Source: an uncultured Opitutaceae bacterium (lineage in GTDB: Bacteria; Verrucomicrobiota; Verrucomicrobiia; Opitutales; UBA2995). From it: a stretch of DNA of 35,116 nucleotides. The number at the start of each line of letters is the position of its first letter. The first letter of the stretch is position 1. Made by a program: the position numbers and the translations under genes. The notes under the pieces were generated by a model. It was not told where the DNA came from. It saw only the letters and a program-made list of their open reading frames with translations, and ran no database searches. The stretch lies in contig CAZYDZ010000002.1 of the NCBI GenBank assembly GCA_964646535.1, forward strand, positions 520 to 35,635, written 5' to 3'. Below, piece by piece: positions 15,204 through 23,311 of the stretch.

Positions 15204-16481
15204 ATGTCCTGGTATTGGAGCCTCTTGACTGTTTTCCTGTTTCTGATAGGAATACTCCTTGTAGTTAGAAACGCACTGTCCCTTTTGTCGCAGGCGCTAC
15301 AACAGCGCAGGCCGCTACTTCGCCGCGGCTCATGGCTGCATCGACTGACAGGGCTGGACAGGCTGGAAATTCTTTGGGATCAGTGGATTCGGGAACAGCA
15401 ACAACATTCGCAGGAAGAGCACACCCGGCGTCTGAAGGCGGAAACGATATTGAATCAGATACAGGAGGGGGTTTTAATTCTCGACGACGAGCATCAGGTG
15501 GTGTTGTCCAATCCCGCATTGGCAACATTGCTGGGAGGACGCAATCTGCCCCAGGGTACGCGGATTGAACGCGTTCTTTCGCATGGGGAATTTCTGAACC
15601 TGCTGCGACAGGTGCGTCACTACAGTCGTGCCCATGGAGAGATAGAAGTGAGTCAGGGGGAGGGCAGGCATGTTTTTCAGATAACGGGGACCCGTTTTGC
15701 AGCAGATAAATCACAGGCGGATTCCTGGCTGTTGTTTGTTTTCAGGGATATCACGCAGCAGCACCGTCTGGAACAGGTAAGGCGTGATTTTGTAGCCAAT
15801 GTTTCACATGAATTGCGAACGCCGCTTACGATCATAAAAGGATATGTGGAAACGATACAAAACAGCGAGGAGCATATTTCAAAGGAAGACCGGTTACGTT
15901 TTTTGCAGAAAATAGCAGCCAATGCGGAGAGACTGCATCATTTACTGGAAGATCTGTTGGAGCTGTCGCGGCTGGAGGGAACAAGATTGCAGCTAGAGCG
16001 TACCCATGTGGATTTCAACCAGTGGCTAACTGCGGTGGCGGAGGACTTTGTTTCGCAAGCGCAGATAGATGAGCAGCGATTGCAGTTTTCTCTGGATACA
16101 ACCGTGGCAACCGCATCCATTGATCCGACGAAACTATCCCGTGTCGTGGAAAATCTGTTGGAAAACGCATTCCAGTACAGTACGGCCAATGATCAACCTG
16201 TGCGACTGGTCAGCCGACGAGAGGGAGACAGCCTGCTGGTTTCCGTGTGTGATAAGGGCAGGGGGATTCCTGAGAAGCATCAGTCTCATATTTTTGAACG
16301 TTTCTATCGGGTGGATAAAGGCCGTGCGAGGACTCAGGGAGGGTCTGGACTCGGATTGAGCATTGCCAAGCATACCGTGCAGATACATGGGGGCACAATT
16401 TGGGTGGAAAGCAGGGAAGGAGAGGGGACATGTATCCACTTTCGAATACCTATACATTCGCCACAGGAGAGGAGTAACTGA
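15204..16481 (+). CDS. sensor histidine kinase (N-terminal TM, PAS-like domain, HisKA, HATPase_c; PhoR-like)
   Basis: H-box FVANVSHELRTPLTII, N-box ENLLENAFQYS, G1 VCDKGRGIP and G2 GGSGLGLSIAKH. Starts 12 nt after the response regulator gene. Confidence 0.9.
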   Translation: MSWYWSLLTVFLFLIGILLVVRNALSLLSQALQQRRPLLRRGSWLHRLTGLDRLEILWDQWIREQQQHSQEEHTRRLKAETILNQIQEGVLILDDEHQVVLSNPALATLLGGRNLPQGTRIERVLSHGEFLNLLRQVRHYSRAHGEIEVSQGEGRHVFQITGTRFAADKSQADSWLLFVFRDITQQHRLEQVRRDFVANVSHELRTPLTIIKGYVETIQNSEEHISKEDRLRFLQKIAANAERLHHLLEDLLELSRLEGTRLQLERTHVDFNQWLTAVAEDFVSQAQIDEQRLQFSLDTTVATASIDPTKLSRVVENLLENAFQYSTANDQPVRLVSRREGDSLLVSVCDKGRGIPEKHQSHIFERFYRVDKGRARTQGGSGLGLSIAKHTVQIHGGTIWVESREGEGTCIHFRIPIHSPQERSN

Positions 16482-16486
16482 GTACC

Positions 16487-17092
16487 ATGGCAAAAAGTCC
16501 CCTGGCATTGAGGAACACCATACTCGATCGGCAGAGTGTGCTGCGTGAACATCTGGAGCGGGCGTGCGCGGGAAAACGGGAGGTGACACTGGAAATCGGT
16601 TGTGGGCACGGGCACTTTCTTGCTGCGTATGCGGAGGCGCACCCCGAAGAGCATTGTATCGGCGTGGATCTCTTGTGTGGACGTGTGGCAAGAGCCGAGC
16701 GGAAACGCAATGCGGCGACACTCACAAATCTGCATTTCCTAAAGGCGGACGCCTGGGAGGTCCTTACTGTATGGCCAGACAGTGTGACGATCCGCAACAC
16801 ATGGATATTGTTTCCCGATCCATGGCCCAAGCGCCGACACAAAGAGCGCAGGCTGGTAGAAGAAGCCTTTCTGTACCTGTTGGCACAGCATTCCTCTTTG
16901 CGTGCAAAATTGTATTTCCGTACGGATTACATGCCCTATCTGGCTTGCGTGCGCCAACGCCTGGAACAACATGAGAGATGGAGGCTGACGGACATGCCAT
17001 TTCCTTTTGAGCAGGTCACCGTGTTTCAAAATCGGGCCGCATCTTTTGGTTCGCTGGTTGCACAGCATCAGGTGAGGGCTTATCTACAGTAA
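16487..17092 (+). CDS. trmB: tRNA (guanine(46)-N7)-methyltransferase
   Basis: LEIGCGHGHFLAAYA (SAM motif), CIGVDL and WILFPDPWPKRRHKERRL are characteristic of TrmB. Confidence 0.85.
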   Translation: MAKSPLALRNTILDRQSVLREHLERACAGKREVTLEIGCGHGHFLAAYAEAHPEEHCIGVDLLCGRVARAERKRNAATLTNLHFLKADAWEVLTVWPDSVTIRNTWILFPDPWPKRRHKERRLVEEAFLYLLAQHSSLRAKLYFRTDYMPYLACVRQRLEQHERWRLTDMPFPFEQVTVFQNRAASFGSLVAQHQVRAYLQ

Positions 17093-17289
17093 TCTGTCGA
17101 ATCTGTGATTTCTCATTTTCGCTTTGCGAAGTGGGGTATCTCCTGCATGATGGTGAGGATGAAGAGTACTGCTCAGCCTGCCTGTTTGCGCGTGCGGCCA
17201 TTGCGCCATGATTGGCTGGTCTGGTTTTGCCAGTCGTTTTTTATTCTCACCCTGTTGTCGCAGGTCGCCATATTGATCTACTTCTGTTT

Positions 17290-18168
17290 TTATCGCGGAC
17301 GCCTGTAGTCGCGCGGGGAGAGTCCGAACAGGCGTCGAAAGGCGCGGCTAAACACATACAGGCTGGTATAACCTCCCGCTTCGGCGGCATCGGAAATACG
17401 ACCGCCCCTGCGCAGCACGGCGATAGCCTTCAACATTCTGCGTTCCTGCAAAAAACGCCCAATGCCAACATGGGTTTCCGTATGAAAACATCGGCGCAAG
17501 TGCCTTTCAGACATACCGAGATCCTGTGCCAGTGAGAGGAGATCCCATTTGTCCACGGGAGTTACGGTGAGCCACCGTTCAACTCGAAAAAACACCTCCA
17601 TGCCCTGGCGAGGAGGGGCAGGACGGTGTTGTCTCTGCGCAAGGTTGGTCAGATGCAGGAGAAGCCAGTCAAGCAGCAGAGGGATTTCCCTGCGCTCAGC
17701 TTGCGAAACGAGAGGATTGCTCCAGAGAACGGACAGTTCGCGCAGCAGCGTATAGGTGCGAGCATCCAGAGAGACTACCTGGTTGCGCCAGTCGGCGATA
17801 ACATCTGTGTTCGCCATCTCAAAGGTGAGAAACAACCAGCGCAGGGTTTCCTTGGAGACATCCGCGTAATGGTGAAATTGTAATGGGTGTACCAATACTG
17901 CACAGCCTGGTTCCATGCGCAAAGGGTGCTGATTCAAAATCACAGTACCTGATCCACCGAGCCCAACAATCAATACATAGCGATGGTGGTGATGAAAAAA
18001 GGGGGAAGCCAATAGCGGGCCTGACACGCGGGAAAACAGCAGAATGTTGTCGGGCAGGCCCGCACGTTGAAAGGAGTGGCCGACAAAATATCCTTCGGGT
18101 TGTGGCAGGCGTTCAACCCAATGGGTCAGATCATGCAGGATATCCGTCTGATGTAAGGAAGTAGCCAT
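17290..18168 (-). CDS. AraC family transcriptional regulator
   Basis: The C-terminal double HTH contains LSLAQDLGMSERHLRRCF and ISDAAEAGGYTSLYVFSRAFRRLFGLSPRDYRR. Start taken at ATG 18168 (MATSLHQ); the long ORF start at 18213 runs into the divergent promoter. Confidence 0.85.
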   Translation of the reverse strand: MATSLHQTDILHDLTHWVERLPQPEGYFVGHSFQRAGLPDNILLFSRVSGPLLASPFFHHHHRYVLIVGLGGSGTVILNQHPLRMEPGCAVLVHPLQFHHYADVSKETLRWLFLTFEMANTDVIADWRNQVVSLDARTYTLLRELSVLWSNPLVSQAERREIPLLLDWLLLHLTNLAQRQHRPAPPRQGMEVFFRVERWLTVTPVDKWDLLSLAQDLGMSERHLRRCFHTETHVGIGRFLQERRMLKAIAVLRRGGRISDAAEAGGYTSLYVFSRAFRRLFGLSPRDYRRPR

Positions 18169-18175
18169 ATCTTTA

Positions 18176-18241
18176 TTGTCCGAAATAGATAAATATTTGT
18201 CCATTTTAATCATTTCAATCTATTTTCGGACAAAGTATAAT
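18176..18241. promoter_or_regulatory. divergent AraC/oxidoreductase control region with an inverted repeat and a TATAAT box
   Basis: TTGTCCGAAATAG (18176..18188) faces CTATTTTCGGACAA (18220..18233), an inverted repeat with a 1-nt indel. A third TTGTCC half-site lies at 18198. TATAAT at 18236..18241 ends only 6 nt before ATG 18248. Confidence 0.4.
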
Positions 18242-18247
18242 GTCTGC

Positions 18248-19408
18248 ATGAGTACATCGAAGAAAGTTCGGATTGGAGCGATAGGCGTCGGAGGACGTCT
18301 GAGAGGCGTTTTGCGCGGTTTACTGAACAAAGGCAACGGCCAGCTTGAGCTGGTGGCAATTCACGATCCTTATGAAGGGTCGATCCAGCATACCCTGAAA
18401 GAGTTTAACCTGGACCGGTCTAGTGTGCGCACGCAGGAAGCCCTCCTGAAGGATGACAGTATCGACTGGGTTTTTATCGGATCACCAAACCGCTACCATC
18501 CTGAGCAGATTATTGCGGCGCTGAAAGCTGGCAAAAATGTGTTCTGTGAAAAACCTTTGGGAGTGGATCTGTCCCGTGTGCCAGAGCTGATCCGCGTTTG
18601 GAAGGAATCAGGCAAGCAGTTCGCCTTTGGATTGGTACTGCGTTATGCACCCATGTACCAGCAGGTGAAAAAGCTGCTGCAGGATGGGCGCATTGGCAAG
18701 ATCGTCTCGCTGGAGTTTAATGAAACTCTTTCTCCTGGTCACGGTGGTTATATTCATGCGAACTGGCGTCGCAAGCGCGAGAACGCAGGAACTCATCTGC
18801 TGGAGAAGTGCTGTCATGATATGGACCTCTGTCTCTGGATGGTGGAGAGTAATCCCATACGTGCTGCCAGTTTTGGAGGATGCAATTTTTTCGTTCCTGA
18901 AAACGCGCACTTGCGTGACGAGTTGGTGAACCCTGAGACAGGGAAGACGATTTTCGAAATCTGGGCTGACCCGCACCGTGTGAACCCATTTGGAACTGAC
19001 AAGGATATTGTCGATAATCAGGTCGCCATCATTGAGTTTGAGAACCAGGTTCGTGCTACGTTCCATACGAACTGCAGTTCGGCAATCACAGAGCGTCGTT
19101 TTTATATTGTGGGAACTCATGGCGCGATTCGCGCTGATGCGCTCACAGGTGTGATTGAGGTGAATTCCATCGTCCCTGGCGTGGAACGCGAAGTCATCGA
19201 CACCCGACATGCGGGTGGACATGGTGGAGGAGACGATTATATGTCTTCCCAACTTGCCCGTACTTTGTTAGAGGGCGCCGCTCCAGCCGCCAGTATGTAT
19301 GAAGGGGTGCGTTCACTGATCATGGCCTGCGGAATCGACCAGGCGCTGGACAGCGGTACCGTGCACGATCTTACCAAAGACTGGGAACTGCTGAAAGACT
19401 TGAGTTAA
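18248..19408 (+). CDS. Gfo/Idh/MocA family NAD(P)-dependent oxidoreductase
   Basis: KVRIGAIGVGGRLRG (Rossmann fold), FIGSPNRYHPEQIIAALKAGKNVFCEKPL (the family EKP motif) and VLRYAPMY. Start taken at ATG 18248 (MSTSKK). Confidence 0.85.
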   Translation: MSTSKKVRIGAIGVGGRLRGVLRGLLNKGNGQLELVAIHDPYEGSIQHTLKEFNLDRSSVRTQEALLKDDSIDWVFIGSPNRYHPEQIIAALKAGKNVFCEKPLGVDLSRVPELIRVWKESGKQFAFGLVLRYAPMYQQVKKLLQDGRIGKIVSLEFNETLSPGHGGYIHANWRRKRENAGTHLLEKCCHDMDLCLWMVESNPIRAASFGGCNFFVPENAHLRDELVNPETGKTIFEIWADPHRVNPFGTDKDIVDNQVAIIEFENQVRATFHTNCSSAITERRFYIVGTHGAIRADALTGVIEVNSIVPGVEREVIDTRHAGGHGGGDDYMSSQLARTLLEGAAPAASMYEGVRSLIMACGIDQALDSGTVHDLTKDWELLKDLS

Positions 19409-19422
19409 TCAAAAAAACAAAA

Positions 19423-19507
19423 GAACCACAGATTTTCACAGAGGGTCACAGAGAAAGGCTCGTGTGGAGCACTTCTTTCTGTGAAAATCTGTGTAATCTG
19501 TGGTTTC
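19423..19507. repeat. CCACAGAT-family inverted repeat (hairpin) between convergent genes
   Basis: CACAGATTTTCACAGA (19427..19442) and its perfect complement TCTGTGAAAATCTGTG (19478..19493). The termini are GAACCACAGAT ... ATCTGTGGTTTC. Probably a bidirectional terminator. Confidence 0.7.
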
Positions 19508-19526
19508 AAGTCGTATCCGTAGTGGG

Positions 19527-20345
19527 TTAGAGTATCTCGTCAAAAGTTTCTTCAGTGGGGGCAAATTCCAGGATATAGCGATCGCGGGAGCGGCGTAGCT
19601 GTACAGGCGCGTCAAATGCGTTACTGAGGACGGCGCTGGTCATCACTTTACTGCGCGGGCCGGTTGCGGCCACGCGTCCATCCTGCAATACCAGAACATG
19701 GGTGATCTCAGGGAGGATTTCCTCAACGTGATGTGTGACCAATACTAAACCGGGAGCCTTTGGTTCCCGCAGGATTTTACGCAGAAATAAGAGGAAACGC
19801 TCCCGCGATACAGGATCAAGGCCTGCGCATGGTTCATCCAGGAAAAGCAGGCGACTACGGGCCATACAGGCACGGCTGATCAGCACCCGTTGTTTTTCTC
19901 CCTGCGATAACTGGGCCCAGACGGCATTTTCCAAATGGCTGATTCCTGACCGTTGCAGCCATTTGCGTGCCTCGCGCAACTCGCTTGCAGGGGGTATGGT
20001 CCAATAATTGAGAAGGGCCTTGCGACCGCTGGCTACGGCATCGATGACCAGTTCGCTGTCTTCAATGCGTTTTGCGGTGGCAGCGCTGACCCAACCGAGC
20101 AGGGGTCGCAGCTCGCGCCAATCCGTCTCTCCATACTTCTTGCCGAGTAACGATATCTGTCCTGCGCTGGGGGATTCGTAACCGAGAATAATCTGTAACA
20201 GGGTCGTCTTGCCACAGCCGTTGGCGCCGAGAACAGCCCAGTGTTCTCCCTGCTTCATTTCCCAGTCAATGCCTTTAAGAATGGGTTTTCTTCGGTGGAA
20301 TTCCACGCCTCTCAACTGCAACAATGCGGAATCGGTTTTTGCCAT
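19527..20345 (-). CDS. ABC-type ATPase (single NBD, ModF/YlmA-like), with no permease gene adjacent
   Basis: Walker A GANGCGKTT, signature LSQGEKQRV, Walker B LLFLDEPCAGLD and H-loop VTHH. Confidence 0.85.
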   Translation of the reverse strand: MAKTDSALLQLRGVEFHRRKPILKGIDWEMKQGEHWAVLGANGCGKTTLLQIILGYESPSAGQISLLGKKYGETDWRELRPLLGWVSAATAKRIEDSELVIDAVASGRKALLNYWTIPPASELREARKWLQRSGISHLENAVWAQLSQGEKQRVLISRACMARSRLLFLDEPCAGLDPVSRERFLLFLRKILREPKAPGLVLVTHHVEEILPEITHVLVLQDGRVAATGPRSKVMTSAVLSNAFDAPVQLRRSRDRYILEFAPTEETFDEIL

Positions 20346-20434
20346 CTCTCTACCAAAGCGATTTCTCGATTTCAGTGAAAGCCAGAAATCAGCAATCTCT
20401 GATTCTTTCTCTTGTTTCTGTGGATACGTTCGGC

Positions 20435-21112
20435 ATGATTTCTGCCATGCAAAGAATCCAGGCTTTTTTGAAGGCAGATTATCCGGTGCGTTGGCTGTTT
20501 AACGGAGATAGCATTACGCATGGAATTTATCACACGTATGGCTGTCGCGACTACACGGAGATGTTCAGTGAGCATGTGCGCGGAGATCTGGCGCGGATTC
20601 ATGATCTTGTCATTAAATCCGCATACAGTGGTGACACGACGATTCAACTGCTGGATACGTTCGAACACCGGGTGGAAGCGGTACGTCCGCACGTGGTATT
20701 TTACATGATCGGGATGAATGATGTGCATCATCCCGCACGCGCGATGCCAGTGGAGCAGTTTCGTCAGAACCTGGATTTGCTGGGGCAGAAAACAGAGAAG
20801 ATGGGCGCCTTGGCGGTTCTGCAGACCTGCAACGGAATATGGGGAGACCCGCAGTCCGATTATAAGAACGAGCAATTGGAATTGTTCATGAATGTCGTGC
20901 GCGAACTGGCGCACGAACGCAACTGGCCGTTGGTGGATCACCATGCCTGCTGGAACGCCCACTCCGGTGCATGGCCGTTGTGGTTAAATGATCCAATTCA
21001 CCCGAATCATTTTGGACACCGGGTGTTTTTCCATCATCTGATAGAGACGCTTGGCGCCAAAGCCGCTCACGTTACCGAGCAACAACGCTTTCATGTCCCG
21101 CAATGGCCGTAA
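20435..21112 (+). CDS. SGNH/GDSL-family hydrolase
   Basis: Block I FNGDSITHG, block III MIGMNDV, and a C-terminal DPIHPN (the DxxH catalytic pair). Start taken at ATG 20435, with an alternative at 20447. Confidence 0.75.
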   Translation: MISAMQRIQAFLKADYPVRWLFNGDSITHGIYHTYGCRDYTEMFSEHVRGDLARIHDLVIKSAYSGDTTIQLLDTFEHRVEAVRPHVVFYMIGMNDVHHPARAMPVEQFRQNLDLLGQKTEKMGALAVLQTCNGIWGDPQSDYKNEQLELFMNVVRELAHERNWPLVDHHACWNAHSGAWPLWLNDPIHPNHFGHRVFFHHLIETLGAKAAHVTEQQRFHVPQWP

Positions 21113-21152
21113 ATACAAGTAGAGAGCAGAAAGAGAGTTTGTCCAGGGAGGG

Positions 21153-22745
21153 CTACCAGACCAGCAGGCCACCGGCATAAGTGAAGCCGGCGCCGACGGA
21201 ACAGAAAATGATGTTGTCGCCCGGTGTGAAGATTTCTTCTTCCGCGGCCCAGCCCAAAGCCATGGAAACCGATGCTGCAGAGGTGTTTCCATATTTGCCG
21301 ATCGTCACTACGAAACGCTCAAACGGAATACCGATGCGTTTGCTGACTGCCTTCAATATCCGTTCATTGGCCTGATGCGGGACGATCCATGCAACGTCAT
21401 CCGGTGACAGGCTGTGACGCGCCAGGGTTTCTTCGATGATGTTGCTGAATGCGACTACTGCGTTTTTGAACACAGTAGCCCCATCCATTGATAGATAGAA
21501 GGAAGTCAGATCGTCGCTGGCAGGACTGGGTACCAACATGCGGGCGCCGCCACCGGTGCGCTCAATCGCATGGTAAAATTCAGAGTTTCCAGACAGTGGC
21601 ATGCGATGCAGGCGGTGTCCCCCTGGTTGCAGGGTCAATACCGCGTCTCCCGCTCCATCGCCAAACAGAAAGGCGGTCTTGTGATCTTTGGGATTGGTGA
21701 TACGCGACAACAGCTCTGCCGTGACAACCAGCAGGCAACGGGCAGAACCTGCATGAAGCAAGGCGCGGCCGACTTCCAATGCGTACAGCCAGCCCGAACA
21801 GGCGGCGTTGAGATCAAAAGTAAATGCGTGCTGAATCCCGAGAAACTTGGCCAGCCCGCTGGCGGCGCTCGGAACAGGCTGGTCTGGCAAGATCGTCGCC
21901 AGCAGAATACCGTCAATATCCTCGGCCTGGACTTTAGCCATGCGCATCGCCTTCAATGCGGCTTCTGCACCAAGGCTGGTGGCGGATTCCTCAACGCCGG
22001 CATAGTGCCGCTGACGAATGCCAGTGATCTTGATGATCTCTTCTTCGGTCATTTCGGGGAATGCCTGTAAAATATCGCGATTGGAGCGGACACCCTTGGG
22101 GACTGCGTGGCCAATACCTGCCACCTGAACCGTTTCAAGGATAAGTGACGATGGCTCTTTAGAATGGTTGCTGGCGGGAGGCAGGACGGTATGAGCAGCT
22201 CCTTCCAGGTAGCCTTGCACATCCTCGCCTGAAATTCTGCCACCTGGACCGGATCCTTGTTGCAGAGGGAATTCCTCGGGTGAAATACGGTGCTCGCTCA
22301 GCAGGCGTAACGCCTTGGGAGTAAAGCGGGGACCCTCCGCTGCAACGGGAAGAGGGGAGGGCTTGACAGTAGCGGGAGCGGCAGATGGAGGGGATTTGGC
22401 GACAGAAGCGGTTTTGGGTGAAGAGGACGACTTTTTTTCTGCCTGTGGCTTCGGAGCATCCTCTGTAGCCTGTCCCTCCAGATGGCGCAAAGAGTCATCG
22501 TTGGTTCGCAGCAGGAAAAAAGTTTTGCCAACCGAGATGATATCCCCTGCGCGTACCTCCAGTTTAACAATCGTCCCACTGGCGGGGGATTCGTATTCAA
22601 ATGCGGATTTATCGCTCTCCAATTCGGCCAATATCTGGCCTTTTTCCACACGATCCCCCTCTTTCACCAGCACATCAATCAGCGTCATCTCGTGAACAGT
22701 GGCGCCCATGGCAGGGACTGGAATGACGGCTACATATTCGCTCAT
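21153..22745 (-). CDS. fusion protein: lipoyl domain + peripheral-subunit-binding domain (PSBD) + 3-oxoacyl-ACP synthase III (FabH/KAS III)
   Basis: Start at ATG 22745 (MSEYVAVIPVPAMG). aa 1-80 are lipoyl-type (VKEGDRVEKGQILAELESDKSAFEYESPASGTIVKLEV). aa 81-138 are a P/A/S/K linker. aa 139-180 are PSBD (FTPKALRLLSEHRISPEEF..GSGPGGRISGEDVQGYL). aa 205-530 are KAS III with Cys (DLNAACSGW), His (VPHQANERI) and Asn (YGNTSAAS). There is no E2 acyltransferase core. Confidence 0.85.
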   Translation of the reverse strand: MSEYVAVIPVPAMGATVHEMTLIDVLVKEGDRVEKGQILAELESDKSAFEYESPASGTIVKLEVRAGDIISVGKTFFLLRTNDDSLRHLEGQATEDAPKPQAEKKSSSSPKTASVAKSPPSAAPATVKPSPLPVAAEGPRFTPKALRLLSEHRISPEEFPLQQGSGPGGRISGEDVQGYLEGAAHTVLPPASNHSKEPSSLILETVQVAGIGHAVPKGVRSNRDILQAFPEMTEEEIIKITGIRQRHYAGVEESATSLGAEAALKAMRMAKVQAEDIDGILLATILPDQPVPSAASGLAKFLGIQHAFTFDLNAACSGWLYALEVGRALLHAGSARCLLVVTAELLSRITNPKDHKTAFLFGDGAGDAVLTLQPGGHRLHRMPLSGNSEFYHAIERTGGGARMLVPSPASDDLTSFYLSMDGATVFKNAVVAFSNIIEETLARHSLSPDDVAWIVPHQANERILKAVSKRIGIPFERFVVTIGKYGNTSAASVSMALGWAAEEEIFTPGDNIIFCSVGAGFTYAGGLLVW

Positions 22746-22924
22746 TGGAATCGACTGGATAAAGGGTTGATATCTCCTTTCAGGAGAAAGCCCATACTTC
22801 AACAGGAAAGAACAGCTCTGGCAAATCAGAAAGAGAGGTCGGGGAAAACCAGGGATACGGTACTTTTCGAAAGCACCGATTTCATCGATTGTCGCAGAAG
22901 GAAAAGAAGAGTACCCCACTAAGA

Positions 22925-23218
22925 TACAGAGAACACCAAGGGACAGAAAGAGAAGCTCACGCGAAGCCGTGAAGAATCAGAGGATCGCAACGCTCTCTGA
23001 AATTGAGTAGCCATCAGCGTCAGCCATGGGGCTGATTGGTGGCAATCAGGCCACCTCCCCTGTGGGAGGGGCTTACCCCGGAATGTTGTGTGATTCCGGT
23101 CGCGGCATAAAGCCGCTCCTACAAGGGGATGAACTTCGCGTGAATCTCTTCTTTGTGGTCTTTGTGCCTTTGTGAGAGACTTTTCTTCTCTGCGGAAATC
23201 TGCGCAATCTGTGGTTCC
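22925..23218. repeat. repeat-dense spacer: mosaic of the window's repeat modules plus three short hairpins
   Basis: CACGCGAAGCCGTGAAGAAT (compare 8061..8081) with an inverted copy CTTCGCGTGAA near 23136. REP-like GGTCGCGGCATAAAGCCGCTCCTACAA (23098..23124). CTTTGTGCCTTTGTGAGAGAC...CTGCGGAAATCTGCGCAATCTGTGGTTCC (23161..23217, compare 12398..12456). Hairpins: CTGATTG/CAATCAG, CCTCCC/GGGAGG and CCGGAAT/ATTCCGG. Confidence 0.65.
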
Positions 23219-23311
23219 TTTATCTTTACAGTGCGGCCTTTGCTCGGTTTGGGCTGGTATTTCGGGGGATTCTGTAACAGTCTGAGCGTTTACCTATTTT
23301 TTGATCCAGAC

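Noticed and set aside
15808-15823. Third parS-like sequence TGTTTCACATGAATTG in the histidine kinase gene
   Set aside because: Only 12/16 positions match, the palindrome is broken, and the sequence encodes the conserved H-box (NVSHEL). The match is coincidental.
17105-17308. 67-aa ORF (possible 53-aa single-TM peptide MMVRMKST...ILTLLSQVAILIYFCFYRGRL) between trmB and the AraC gene
   Set aside because: No recognisable motif or ribosome-binding site. It overlaps the 3' end of the convergent AraC gene by 19 nt. It cannot be supported from sequence alone, though ribosome profiling could revisit it.
22746-22919. 58-aa N-terminal extension (GTG start at 22919) of the lipoyl-FabH ORF
   Set aside because: Lipoyl domains begin at the very N-terminus of E2-type proteins. 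The extension has no motif and runs into the repeat-rich spacer. ATG 22745 gives the canonical M..V.IP.PAMG...start.
23153-23311. N-terminal extension of the FAH ORF (MWSLCLCERLFFSAEICAICGS...) and the 89-aa ORF at 12248..12517
   Set aside because: Both run through copies of the same intergenic repeat (CTTTGTGAGAGAC...ATCTGTGGTTCC), so the similar peptides are repeat-encoded artefacts. The FAH domain starts cleanly at ATG 23312.
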